64,000 bases of DNA from Camelus ferus (GCF_009834535.1 NC_045697.1:59150001-59214000), one strand, 5' to 3'; positions 12,079 through 25,150 are shown, counted from the stretch's first letter. Notes: a model not told the origin generated them from the letters alone. A program made the numbers and translations.

Positions 12079-15000
12079 TTCACACAGATAAGAAAGGAAA
12101 AATGTCAGGAGGACCTTATTCATATTTGAATGTTTTAGCTTATATTTCATAATAAAATATTCTACAAAGAAATGTATTTGCATGAAAGAAAAAGACATAA
12201 ATGCAACAGTAATCTAAGGGTAAATATGTCCTTGAAGGCAAACAAATGTTAAATTACAATAGAGCCTCGGTCTTGACGGTTCCTCCCTATGTAGCGACTG
12301 CATATTTTGAATGTGATGCAAATCTAAGAAATCAAAGGGGAAATAGTCATTTGCAAAACTTAAGGAAAGATCATCTCCCTCCAATTCCAACTGCTCTAGC
12401 CTTGACACCAGGCTAAAGTAAGGCTGCATGGCATTTCTCAAAATCACTCTTCATTTTTAAATACACAGCTTTCCTTGATTTCTGGGCAAAAATGCCCTAC
12501 TTCTAACAGTAACTGTCACTCCTATTTGGAAGCTCTTTTCAAAGAGAGCTTCAACAAGCAGTTAAAGCAGCCCAAATCAAATGTGAAAAACAATTCAGTT
12601 TAGCATTATATTATTTGACTAACTTCGATTCTTTTCATTTGATAACCTTTTTTTTAACCGTCTATTTAGGATTAACTTGACTATAAGGAAAACAAGTCCA
12701 TAAGAATTTTGCCTCCTCTAATTACTAGAAACAATGCCAGGCACAGTAGCCGGAGCCAGTAAGTCTCATACTCACTATTATTCCCGGTGGAAAGGAGTAT
12801 TTAAATTTCCAAACAGCAAGAAGATCATCATTAAGGAAATCACCTCTAAAAGACCCTCCTTTCATATTTTCCTGGAGGGCTCTTAACCTAAAGGATAATC
12901 ACACGAAGCAACTTAAAATGTGACATCAAAAGCATTTACCCATCAAGCAAATCACATGCTGGCTTATCACTCTGGAGGCCAGGGATGCCTGGAGCAGCCT
13001 AACATGCCCATCTGAAAAATTTACATAGTTCACAAAAACCTTATACTAATCACTCCTCCTACCCCAAGTTTATAGAAAGAGTCCAGTCAACCATATGCAC
13101 CAATGGAGCAAGTTACTGAATATTTGATTATGAAGAAGTGCTAGCGAATGGCATTCAAGCACTTCTGAAACAGTCACCTTCAGCTAGAGACAGCACAATA
13201 CACTGACACAGTCCTAATGACATCAGGACCTGTGGAATGTATGACTGCTAGGAAACACATGCCGCTAGGAAACAAAGAACAGATCTGATCAAAACTTGTA
13301 ACGTAAGGACTGGGAATCATTGTGATTAGATCTTCTAAAATTAGAGGACAAGTATCCTTTCATCTTCAGAAATATTTGCAAGTTCAAAGACTTTGACATA
13401 TACGTTCTAGAAAGGAAAGAAATATATGAAGCTAGAGTCCCATGAATGAAATCACAAGTCCCTAAGTTTCCTATTAAGATGACTACCACTAGCACTATCA
13501 TAAAAATATCACTTAATCAAAATCAGGCACCAATGATTCAGTATTCCTGCTTTTTTCCTCAACCTAGGCTTTTTCAAGAAGTCAGCACCTTAAAATTGAA
13601 ATGGTACCTAGAAACAAAGTATCCTTTTACATACTTTTTTTTCAACAAAATAGAACACAGCCATTTGCAACAAAAACCAAAGCAATCTGAGCTAATCTCC
13701 AACTAAGGAATTTAATGTCTTTTTAATCATTGAAACTGAAAAACAGTTTAGCTTTCCAACTTTTTTAAAAACTATTTATCTTTGTACATTTTAACCCTTG
13801 CTTTGGTTACCCAAAAAAAAAAAAAAAGACTCGGTAAAAGAAGGGTGAGGGATATTTCAATGCAAATATCCTTTTAACTCCTACACAAATTACTTGGAAA
13901 CTTCTTTTGGTGATACCAAAAAAGAACTGAGAATTCTAACTGTAATCTATATTCTGACAAACGGGCGGTAGAATTCCAGGTCATTTACCACCATTACCGA
14001 TTGAAAAATAAACCAGAGAAATCTAGCTACATTCTCTTTAATCTCACAGGAAAATAAAGAGCATTCTCCAAGTGAAAAATTACTAAAAGAACTGTTTCTT
14101 TGTAGATTCTACAATGACATTCTTTAACTAGTGTTGATAGCCCATATGACACTAAATTAGCAGACCGCCTATTTACTTCAGAGCAAAACAGAAGGCAATT
14201 TTTCCTTCCTGCCAGAGTCTATGCGTCTCCTCATTTCCCCAGCAGCTGGCTGGAAGGATGTAAAATCAGAGGTGCAAGAAGGCTACTTCCTAATGAGTAA
14301 TCTACCCAGGAAAGTAAACACAACAGACATCATCAGGTTCAGCTCTAAAGGAGACTGTGGCAGGGCTGCTTACACAGTTGTTTACAGTGTGCTCTAACTA
14401 CTGCAGGCAAGATCACACACAGGCACAGGGAGGAGACACCCAGAGGTGGCTCGCAAGCCTCGAGTTCTCCCAATTGCTAAGGTATCTCTGGCCATAAATA
14501 AAGCAGCTCACGTTTCTATCGGAAAGTGGCCAGAGAATTCCAGGGACCAGGGGTTATGCTGGCCTGACTCGGTTATTTCAATCTGCCCGAGAGACAACTA
14601 CTCTATCCTTCAGTCCTCATCAGGGCCAATTTGGGGTGCATCGCGCGCTGCACCACAGACTCTCACGCGCCGCACGCATCTCGCGGCTGTGCTCCTCGCT
14701 GAGGAGAGAGGGGACACAGAGAGGCTTCCTCGCAACCCCTATGGGGCCCCGGCGGCCTCCTCAAACCAGATTTTCCAGTTAAGCGGATCCCAAGCGATTT
14801 CGATAAGCAAGCTCAGCTCAAGTAGCATCAGCTCTGCCATCCTCACAAATATCTCCGGGCTATCCCTGGAGCGCAAGAACGCGCACACAGACACGCACAC
14901 GCCAACCCTGCTGCCAACTAGCCCCTGATACCAGAGGTACCCTCTACCCTCTACATACACACCCACCCACCTATACTGCTAGGGGGCCTGACACGTTTAG

Positions 15001-15943
15001 CCCCCGAGCTCCAACGTCGGACCATCCATGGGGCGCGGGGGCGCGGCGGCATCGACGCTCCGCTGCAGCCCGGAGCCTCCCCTTCTCCCGTAAGAAGATT
15101 CAGGGCGCCTGCCCTCCTACCTGTAACCCAGCCCACCGCGGCTGCCAATGCTCTGCCCACCCCGCCCAGGCGCCCCGGCCACCCCGTTCGTGCAACACCG
15201 CCCCCCACCTCGTGCCCACTCCCAACACCTCGCCGCCCTGGGCCACCCATGAAAGTGCCAGCTTTCTCCAGCCAAAGCCGCCTAACAAAGCCGGAGCAAG
15301 CAGGTCTAAACCAAACTGCCGTGAAGGGGACACAACGGGCGGGATGCGGGGAGGTAGCGCGACTCCATGGCTCAGGGGAGCGACCTGGCCAAACGCGGCT
15401 ACCATGGATGCTGCCGGCAGGCGTCTGGAGAGAATCTTGTAGGGCTCACCGTCCCGCAGTCTTTATTACCCCTGAGCCCAGCTCCTCACCCGGTCCCTGT
15501 CGGTCCTCCAGCCCCCTCCCGCCTCCAGCGGCACAGGCCCTGGGCCGGCGAAGAGAAGGCGCCCCCTGTTCTGCCTTCAGCTCCCACCAGGGGATGACAC
15601 TGGGGTGAGAGAGGAGGGAAGATCCCCAGGGTGGAAACCGTTCCTATCCCCCAGAGTGTTGGACTGCGAATGCGCCCTGTCTACTCTCCCCTCTCATCCG
15701 CCAAATCGCCCAATAGCTGGAAAAACCCATGCCAGCCCCCAGCGCCCACCAGCCATGAGGTTCTCTTCCCGCCCCACATCACGACCGGATGAGTGTGTGT
15801 ACAGGCGAGTGTGTGCGGGCGAGGGCGAGTGGGAGGGTGAGTGTGCATGGACCTGCACCCCCTCGGTTGCCCGCCGGGCGGACGCAGCTGCCCGACCCGG
15901 GCCAGGGCCACCACTATTAGGAAGAGTGAAAAGAATAAATTAC

Positions 15944-17470
15944 CTTTCGTAACCGCCGGTCCCCGAGATCGTCCCATCAGTTGTTCAACAACCTGCAGCC
16001 GAGTGCAGTTTCCACAATCCAGCCATGGAGCCCGGGGCAAAAGACCGAGTGGCCCCAGCGAAGACTCCCCCACCACACGCAGCCACGAATAACCAAAGCG
16101 CAGAGAAGGCAGCAGGAAGGTGGAGACCCCAGCCAAGGAAACAACAAAAAGTCTTTCCTTCCCCCTTTCTTCTGCTACACAGCCATGGAGAAAAGGGAAG
16201 CGGGGGGGAGGGGGGGACCAAATGCTTGTCTTCCTTTACGTTTCCTCGCTTCACACACCAAGAGGGTAAAAACGGAGCAAAGAGAGTGGAGGGTTCAAAT
16301 GTCTCCCCCGGTCCACAGTTGCACAACTTCGGAGTCAGGTTCTGTCTCCAACAGCAGCCAAGGGACCCAAGCAGCAGCTATTAACATGCGGCAGTCATAG
16401 CTGGGGCTGCTTTTCCTCCTCCTGCTGCTGCCGCTTAAGAAAAGGCGCTGCTGAAGAGACCAAAAATCTTCCACCATCCCCCAAGCCGATCTTTATATCC
16501 AGTTCTCCCACCCCACCCCCTTCTCTTTTTCTTCTTCTTCCTCGTCCTCCCCTTTCCGCCTGAGAGCGGGAGCGATGGAATAGGTAGGGGGAGCTGCGAG
16601 GGCCAGGGGTGGCTTCTTCTCCGCCAAACCCTCCTTCTTCCGAGGTTCTCTCCTCGCCGAGGGTCTCTTCTCACGCCCGCAACCTGCGCGGAGAGCTGGA
16701 GCGAGGGCCAAACAAACTCCTTCCCGGGTGCACAGCGGGGGCGCGCGGGCGGAGCGGGCGCTTTGCCTCCGAGGGCTGCGTCCCGGGGGCCGCGGAGCCC
16801 CGAGCCCGAGGAGTGGCTGATTAACTAGCCGGTCGGGCCGGGCAGCTGCGGGCATGTGGGAGCTTCATCGCACGGCCCCGGGCTCCGCGCCGCCGCCGCC
16901 TCCTCGGTTCTTTCTCTTCTTCGACTCCCCGAGAGCGAGCAAAGCTCTGGAGCTCTCCAGACACGCACACTCACGCGCACACACGAGCGAGCTCCTGCCA
17001 AAGCCAACCGTGCAACCCGCGCGCGCGCACACCCGGAGAAAGAGGACGGAGGCAAAAAGAGAAGAAAGAAAGGGGAGGGGGCGAGTCACAGGCGGCAGCA
17101 GCAGCAGCTGCGGGAGTGTAGGCAAGGAGCAGTCTGGGAAAAGCCGGCAGCGGCAGCGGCGGCGCCCACCCGGACGAACGGCAGTATCTGCATCCCCGCT
17201 TCTGGGAACTGGGGCGAGCAGTGCCGGGAGAGCGGGAGAGCGGGAGAGCGGGCGACGCGCCGAGAGCCGGCCGAAGCGCTGGCGCGCCGAGGTCGTGCAG
17301 CCTGCGTGCGGCGGACGCAGCCGGGGCCCGAGCCGAGGCCAAAATGAGCCGCGGGCGGGCGAGCGCCGAGTGCGCCGAGAGCAGAGGAGGGGGTTCGCGC
17401 CGGGGGAAGGGGTGGCGGGAGGCAAAACCCGGATCTGGAATGCGCTCGGGCTCCGCCGCGCGCGCTCCAC
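15944..17470 (-). other. Putative long first (5'UTR) exon of an unidentified minus-strand gene; 5' end uncertain
   Basis: Donor ACGAAAG|GTAATT on the minus strand (last exon base 15944) within the CpG island. Leader-like composition, short ORFs only, no recognisable protein. The TSS could lie anywhere in ~16560-17600. Confidence 0.6.
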
Positions 17471-17580
17471 CTAGCAGCTCGACAAACGCCTGGAGGTGGG
17501 AACGGGAGAGCTGCTACAAGAGGCTTTCCTTTCAGGGTTTGTCAAACAAAGGGTACCTCTCTTCGCGGCTTTAAGGCAAG

Positions 17581-17752
17581 CTCGCTCGCGCTCTCTCACT
17601 CTCTCTGTATCTCTCTCCCCTCTCTCTCTCCCTCTCGCGCGCGCGCTCTCTCTCTCCTTCCCCCCCCAAACCCGCCTTCCCTCGTCCCTCTCCCTCTCCC
17701 CTCTTTCTTTCTTTCCGCCTCTCTCCCTTCTTTTCTTCCTTCACTCCACCCT
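17581..17752. repeat. CT-rich homopyrimidine tract with embedded (CG)n
   Basis: ctctctc.../ccctctc... over ~170 bp with cgcgcgcgcgc near 17636-17646. Confidence 0.9.
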
Positions 17753-19679
17753 AGGTGAGTAAGCGACGTCAGACTGAAAGTACGGCTAGTGTCTCTTTTT
17801 ACAGGTGTAGATTATTCCGTATTTTCATTATGCAGGTACTGAGTCCCAGTGCGGTTTCTGCCTTCGGTCCATTTTATGTTCCTTCAAACTTACATCTACG
17901 TGCAAATTCATTGCAGACTTTAAAGTATCCTTCTCTGATAATCCGATGTGGGGATTCAATGATTTCATTTCACATCAATAAAAATGACCATAATGGATAT
18001 ACAAAGGTGCCTATTCCAAAGCAATGCCTTCTGATAGAGGGAAAGTCTGCTCAAGTTAACTGAGTGACCCTGATCAATTACTGAACCCCTTTCTGCCTTC
18101 TTTGTAAATGAGAAGGTTAAGTAGGTAATTTCTAAGGTCTTTTCCTAGTTTAAAATTTCATGATTTGAAATAGCTAAAGTGTTATTTTCTGTATCAGTAC
18201 ATTTGAGTTACAATTGTAAGAGAAACTAAAATTTATTATATGCATCCAACAAGCACATTTTATCCAAATTATTTTTGAGTGTATATATTCAGAATGATCT
18301 AATGCCCTCCCAGCTCTTAGGGAGGTAAAGTTAACCACAGCACATCTGAAGAACCAAAAAGCTCTTGAGAATTAACAGACCATAGCCAATACAAGTGACT
18401 ATAGAAATCTGATTCATTCTTCAAAGCTCAACTCCAGTACCAACTGCTCCAAAAAGCCTTTTTTCACCAGTCCCATTCAAAATAATCACCCCTTCCATTA
18501 TATTCCCATAGCACTTTGATGGTATCTCTACAAGAACACCTATTTCATTCTGCTTTTTTCTTGTTCTTTTAAAATTATTAGTTCCTTGTTTATATGCCTC
18601 CTAGCATTATAGGCTTTTTTTCTGGAATGCAAATTACATCTTTTAATCATCAGTGTAACTGTATACACAGCATATTGTAAGTTTTTTTTTAATGGGAAGC
18701 GGATTCAATATTGATATTGTTGATCTCTGACCAATTAAATGTTCACAGGCTCAAGTTAGGCTAATTGAATTTGCCTAATATGGGGCATCTATGAACTCCC
18801 GCGAATACCAAAAAATATATATATAAATTGACGTCTGGGGTCCCTTGTTACTTAAATAATTTTGGAAAGAGTTAACTCTAACCAATTGTGACAAGAGGAT
18901 CTTATTTGTAAAGGAGGCAAAATGGAAAGTACTCAATTCATCTCCCAAATGGATATGCGTAGAAAAGTAGTAAAGTAATAGAATGTAAAATGAAAAGTGA
19001 TGTATAGATATTCAATGTTATTAGTGATAGCAGCAGAAATATAAATAAGCAATACCTATAGACCAGTTTTTAGAATCAGACATCACAATATGGCAGGTCT
19101 GGTAGGACATGTGAAAGGAATAAAATTTCAAAATAGAATTAACGTATTTACCAAAATATGAAACACATTAACTGAAAACTAAGCATATTAATTTAAAAAA
19201 GTGATGAAAAGTATTCACCGCAGAGGAGTTGATTGCAAATAAGCAAAATTACAAACAGAATAATGAGGGAGAAAAAAACCAAGAAAGAAAAAAAAAGTAA
19301 ATAAAAAAACTGATAGTTAATGAAAAGCAGTGGAGAGAAAAGAATAGGTTAATTGTTTATACAACTTAATCAAATGTCAAGGTAGCATTTTTTTTTTTAC
19401 AGCAGCTACCTGTATTTTAGGCTCAAACTTCATGTTTCCAAATCATTTTTAATCTGATGGGCATAGTCTTCTATATTTGATTTAAGATACAAAGTGTCAA
19501 TATTCCATTGCCAGGAAATCCATGACTCTTGCCAATATTTTTCTAAGATGAACCTGCCACAAAAATAAAATCAAGCGAAACACTGTGCCCTCTTTGCTAC
19601 ACAATTCTATTTAACACCTTCTTCTCAGGGACAAGATAATATAACAGATGATGTTTGAGCAAAGATGCTATTATACTCA

Positions 19680-20340
19680 GTAGTTCTGTGTGCTAGAGTT
19701 GTTTTTGATAAAGATGGCACTGTTGGCTTCAATTCCATTAAAACTGAAAAAAAAAAATCAATATTTACCAAATGGAAAAGAACCCCTCCCTAACATCTTT
19801 TTAAAAAGCCAAATGGCCAATCATACAGGATAACCACAATTAAAATATTTTAATAACTTTTAAAATTTCTTGACCAAAAGACCTTTTTCAGATTAATAAG
19901 AAATACACTAAGATCTCCAATAGCATGAAAGTTAGAAAAAGAACATGGATAACCTGTTCACAAAATAAATGTAAATGGCCAGTAAATTTAAAGAAATATG
20001 TTCTGCCTATACAAGTCCAATACATAAAATGTACACAATTACCACATCCCTTATGTTTCATGTTTCACCCATGAAATTAGCTGAAAAGTAGCAGTGTCCT
20101 ACTGCTAAACTCTAACAAAACTGTGCTGAGACAGCCCTACCTCTATGCTAGTGATGTACATTGACACAATTTTTCTGGAAAGAAAGTTGACAATATATGT
20201 CAACTGCTTTATAGAATATATGTACATCATTAATCCACTGTTTCTATTTACAGATATCACTTCTACAGAAATAAACAAAGGTATGAACAAGGATTTTGTA
20301 CAGTGATACACATCTCAGTTGTAATTGTTATATAAGGAAA
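19680..20340 (+). mobile_element. Ancient L1M fragment
   Basis: Decayed ORF2-end motifs (aaatggccagtaaa...cacccatgaaattagc...acaatttttctggaaag...atccactgtttcta). Confidence 0.5.
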
Positions 20341-20474
20341 GTAAGTATGTAAGTTATCTTGTTTTTTCATCCTCAGTAAATGGCCTCTTATCTGATTGAA
20401 ATTGCTAGTTATTCAGCTAGTGGAGAAAAAGTTGGTAAAGCAAAAACAAATTTTTTTGAATGATCCACGTATTC

Positions 20475-20880
20475 TGTATTAGGATTCATTTTGGTTGCAA
20501 GCAACAGAAACACAAAATAACAGTAAACGATATAAAAGTCTCTTTTTCAGGTGAATGTCTGTTTTGATCCTGGGCTGTTGTGGCCCTCCAAAGCATTGCA
20601 ACGTGAAATAGATACCTTCTTTATCTTCTTGCTCAGCCACTCATGGCCATGATTCCCAATTCCAGTTCTAGCAATCATGCCTACATTCCAGGAGCAGAGA
20701 AGAAAAGGAGGAAAAGATGGCAGGCTCACACCCACAGACATTTTCCTAAAGTTGCACACACCATTTACCCTTTCATTTCCTACTCAGAAATGGTGAGCTG
20801 GTAACGCTTAGCTGCAAGGCTAATAGGAAAAGTTGACTATTCCAGGCTGTCATGTGTCCAGTTGAAAATCGGAATTCTTT
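20475..20880 (-). mobile_element. Old MLT1 LTR (J/K/L-like)
   Basis: tgtattaggattcattttggttgcaagcaacagaaac start; ttagctgcaagg motif. Confidence 0.6.
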
Positions 20881-21560
20881 CCTGATTTGTCTTTTCCTCA
20901 GCTGATGGCTTAACACTGTGCACTGCCCTAGGCTGAGCTTTCCATACTTGAGGTTTTCAGCAACTGAATGAATAGCTACTGCAGACACTAGACAATGCCA
21001 CCTTCACTTGAAATGACCTTCTACCTCAACCTGACATAAACTTTCACAGAATTTTAAATTCCTGAGCTTCTGTCATTGGAAAAAATGCTCTCTAATACTC
21101 AATCAAATATCTGCAGTTACTCTCTTAAATGCTACTGGGCCTAGATACACTGACAAATCAAGGTAATCAGGGTTAAATCACATCTGCAAAGCAAGCAGCA
21201 GTACTCAGACTCCTACTAGGCCATGTAATGATTAGAATTCTAAAGGGTCTTGGGCTCAGTAGAATAATGACTCAAATTTAGATTATATATATTATCAGAA
21301 CGTATTTGACTGACTGACAGGATAGTTTAATTCTAAGAATCCAGTGATGCTCTCTGTTCTCTGGAATGTACAGCAAAGGACCAGACTATAGACTCTTACC
21401 CGGGTTATATAGCCTTGCTAATTTGATATCCTCTATTCTCTCCTTGATTCAAGCAATTCCCCCTATTCTTTTTCACTCCAAAAGAAGATCTGTGTGTTCT
21501 ACATCTTAATGACCTGGAAGCTTACCTATAGATCTAGATAAAGTAAATAAAGATCTAGAT

Positions 21561-21701
21561 TTTTTTTGGTGTTTTTGTGGGGGAAGGGGGTAATTAGGTT
21601 TATTTATTTAGTTAGTTAAATGGAGTTACTAGGGATTGAACCCAGGACCTCCTGCATGCTAAGTGAGCGCTCTACCACTGAGCTATACACCACCCCCCAC
21701 C
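21561..21701 (-). mobile_element. tRNA-derived SINE (camelid Vic-1-like)
   Basis: Minus strand GGTGTATAGCTCAGTGGTAGAGCG...GGTCCTGGGTTCAATCCC (pol III A/B boxes), AAATAAACCTAATTACC tail. TSD atctagat at 21553-21560 and 21702-21709. Confidence 0.88.
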
Positions 21702-24700
21702 ATCTAGATGTTTTTAAAAAGAACTTCTGCTAATTAAATGGTTAACATTTTTTACATCCTGACTTTTTTCTTCTCAATGGAAGAGTCTCCTTAGAACCGT
21801 TTTTTCATAATTTCTCTAATGTTTGCATACATGTATGCCAGTTCTGGACAACTGTGAAGGGAACAATAAGCTGCTGCTGGTTCTTTTTTTTTCCCCTGTT
21901 AACTTTCCTAGCTACTTTGTCTCACATCATACAATTAAATTACCTTTCATAATTTAAATTAGGTTTAACTCCAAATGCTTTAAGCTACTTACTATCAATG
22001 TTAGCAGTAGAACACAGGTTTTTGCAAAAGTACTCAGCATTCATACAAAGTTGCCTTAAAAATGTCACATCACAGTTTCTAGATTCGAGACTCTAGAAAT
22101 ATGAAAATGTTCAAAAACTCAAACAGTTTTTGGGTCTCCCTCTTATAAAGGCAAAGGTGCTTTTACTTTACAAATGAAAATATCGTGGTCAACCAGATGT
22201 TTAATAATGACTGTCATGGCTTATAACAGAAGGGAAAGACTCTTTGTTTCTTTATAAAATATTGCCACCCTGTTAGATTCTGCTTCTCAACCTCGTTCCT
22301 TTAAGTTAATATTAGACACCAAGAGGAGATACCTGACTCATAATTACTCCTCCTTCTCTGAGAATGGCTCCTATACGTGTGTATGAGGCTCTGTCCATAC
22401 TACTTGGCCCTGTCCCTTGACCGTGTTTGATCCGGCCAAGGGCAGCTGACCCAAACTTGGCTAATCAACATCCTTCCCTAGGACTTTTCAGACTATATTA
22501 TGCAAAGGCTTTCAACATCCCTGATGGTAGAGGAGGCTCAGTAGCTATTCATGGCCATGTTTTCTACGATGTGGTGCTATCTAAACCTGACTTAGTGCAA
22601 TATGTTCCTGAAGAATGTCATCAGATTTTTACAGTATTGCTAGCCTTAATCAGAAATTCCTTCTTCTTTTGCATCTATATCTAAACTGCCAAACAAGGGG
22701 GAAATTCTGTATGGACTTGCAGGTATTGTGCTAACATACACTCTGTATGAGGGTGATACCCAGGACAATAAGTTTCCTGTAAAATTGCCTGCTGGATTTT
22801 CCTGAAAGCTGAGCCCACAGAAGGCAAATTGCATTATTCTTCTCAGAATATTAGTCACATTATCTTTGTAGTACTCCCAGTTAGAAGATTTTCTCATTTC
22901 TGGTATCTGCTTTAATCATATACCTCACCTCTTATAAAAGCAAAATGAAGAGTGGTAGGAAAAATATTGCCTATTTAAAAATACGGTGCTCAGGACCATA
23001 TAAGATATTCAATAAGATAAGTCAATAAATGTTTCGTGAATGAAATAATTCAAGGCAAGCGTTATATGATATATGCTATAAAATACATAAGATGTATCTA
23101 TTAAACTATGATTTATATTAATAGATCTATCATTTATTAAGATTACGTATTAGTAGATGTTATATATCAAAATGAGCGCTATCAACTTTAAATTAGTCAC
23201 CTTGAGTAAAGGAGGCTGCTGTTGTTCAAAACAAATTGAACCCTTTTGAAATCATTTTATGCTATGGCATGCTTTGGAATAGCCTTGAGATATCAGCAAA
23301 TCTCTTGCTTTTAAAGTACTTTTTTGGCTAGTGGTTTAGAATCAACAGGAAAAAAAAAATCACTGGCATCAAAGAACTGGAAAAGAGCTTGGAAGTCATC
23401 TAATTAGTTGTCAAGCCAGGAGAAAATATTTTTTTGTTCAAAAATATATAAAGTATGACTAAATTTTCGTGTGGATTAATTTTAGACTACAACTCCTTTA
23501 AAGTAATGACCCTTACCTTCTGTGGGCGGGGCCTCATCCTCCCAAGAAACCAGCAACATAGGTATTATCTCCACTTCGTTAACATCATTATTACTCAGTA
23601 GAGTACGCCATCTGGACAAGTGTGTCTTACTAAACCTCTGTGTACGCTGATAGAGATTCTAAAAGCAAGTTTTTACAATGAGAGCCTTCCTCCTTGGCTA
23701 CAGTTCTTTCGATCAGGAAGGGGAGGAGTTAAGTTGCTTGATCAACAGCTGGCTACTCAAGCCTTCTTCCTGGGGAAATTGGAATCGGGGCTGAGAAAGT
23801 CATTGCTTCGTTCTCTGAATAGGCCATGTAAGTCACCAAGCTGTGGTGTGGCCCTCTTTTCCTTGCCACTTTAATTCAAGAATAAGAGATGTTTCACTTT
23901 TGATAGGAGGCCTGGACTAGTCAATCATCAGTTGAACTTGCCTTTAGCCACCCAGCAGAAGAAGTGAAGAGAACGCTACTCTGCAGAAAGAGCATAAAAC
24001 ACGGGCGCAGAGTGAGCCTAGATGAAATGCAGAGAGAGAGCTTTTGGATGGCATTTTGGACCAGGGTTCTATTTCTCTCCTGCGATCCAGCTACATTTCT
24101 GTACTTTGTTTCTGAAGAACAACCCTTGAGGTATTATAGTATATTCTCCTTTTTGAGGAAGCCAGCATAACTTTGTCATAGTTATTAATGAGTTTTGTCT
24201 GGCCATTTCCATCTTCCTACTTTTGAAAATAGCATGCCTCTTCCGTAGGTGTCATTTTCCTCTGTGCTTTATATATTAGTAATGATCTGTCCATTGCAGT
24301 ACCCAGCCCACATAGGGAAGGCAGATGATGCAGGCCAAATCATATATTGTAACCAGCTCTACCCCAGTGATCTGTTATAGATTGCCAGATGACTTAAGCC
24401 AGACTATTCAGAGGCATTCCCTGAGATTTGCAAAATATAAACACTGGAATAGAGAAATTTTACCTCCTTCGCTGATGTGTTTTCAAGTTGGAATTATGCA
24501 AATCTGAAGTATATATGTATATATGTATGTATTATCAGTTAATTAGTTATATTATTTCAAGCCGCTTCTCAGGTATTTAACAATGAGAAAAATAAAATAA
24601 TAATTTTCTCACAAAATGGTGAAAAGATTAAGTGTACACATGTCAACAGCTTGGTATATCTTTACCTTATGTTATTTAATATTAGATTTTAATTAGATAT

Positions 24701-24859
24701 ATTAGTTATGTCTACGTGAAATGTCATGAAACAAAATTCCAAATCTATACTGTACCTCTTACACTGAGGTATGCATACTGTGTTTCTGATTCTCTAATGG
24801 TTAAGAAAATCTTGGATTAGGACTCTAAACTGAAGAGGGTGTGGTATACAGGTAAGATA

Positions 24860-25150
24860 CCTTTGTTGCTTTCAAACATTCAGAGATCCCGGTTAATGGC
24901 GATTCTGCCATCTTTAACACATGGCTTTCTCCACTGCACTGGGCAGACCATGGGGAAGAGAGGTAAGGGGTGATTTCTTAGCATTTTATTTATGGGCCTG
25001 CATGATCCTTATCACCACTCAAATTCCCACAAGAACTCAGTCATATGGCTACACTAACTGTAAAGGAGGCTGGCAAATGTAATCTACCTTTGGATCCAGG
25101 AAGAAATTGATGTGAGTTTGATAAATAACTATGCTGTTCTTGCCATATAC
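24860..25150 (-). mobile_element. Old MLT1 LTR fragment
   Basis: aactcagtcatatggctacactaactgtaaaggaggctggcaaatgtaatct motif. Confidence 0.6.

Larger units (their letters stand above)
14600..17780. promoter_or_regulatory. CpG island / promoter of a minus-strand gene
   Basis: Abrupt shift from AT-rich, CpG-depleted DNA to GC-rich, CpG-dense sequence (cgcgcg, GCC/GGC runs, GC boxes). No recognisable transposons inside; CT-rich tract at the right edge. Confidence 0.93.

Noticed and set aside
14446..17762. Many overlapping 75-206 aa ORFs on both strands
   Set aside because: Expected in GC-rich, stop-poor DNA. Low-complexity Arg/Pro/Gly/Ala products, many non-ATG starts, no recognisable domain.
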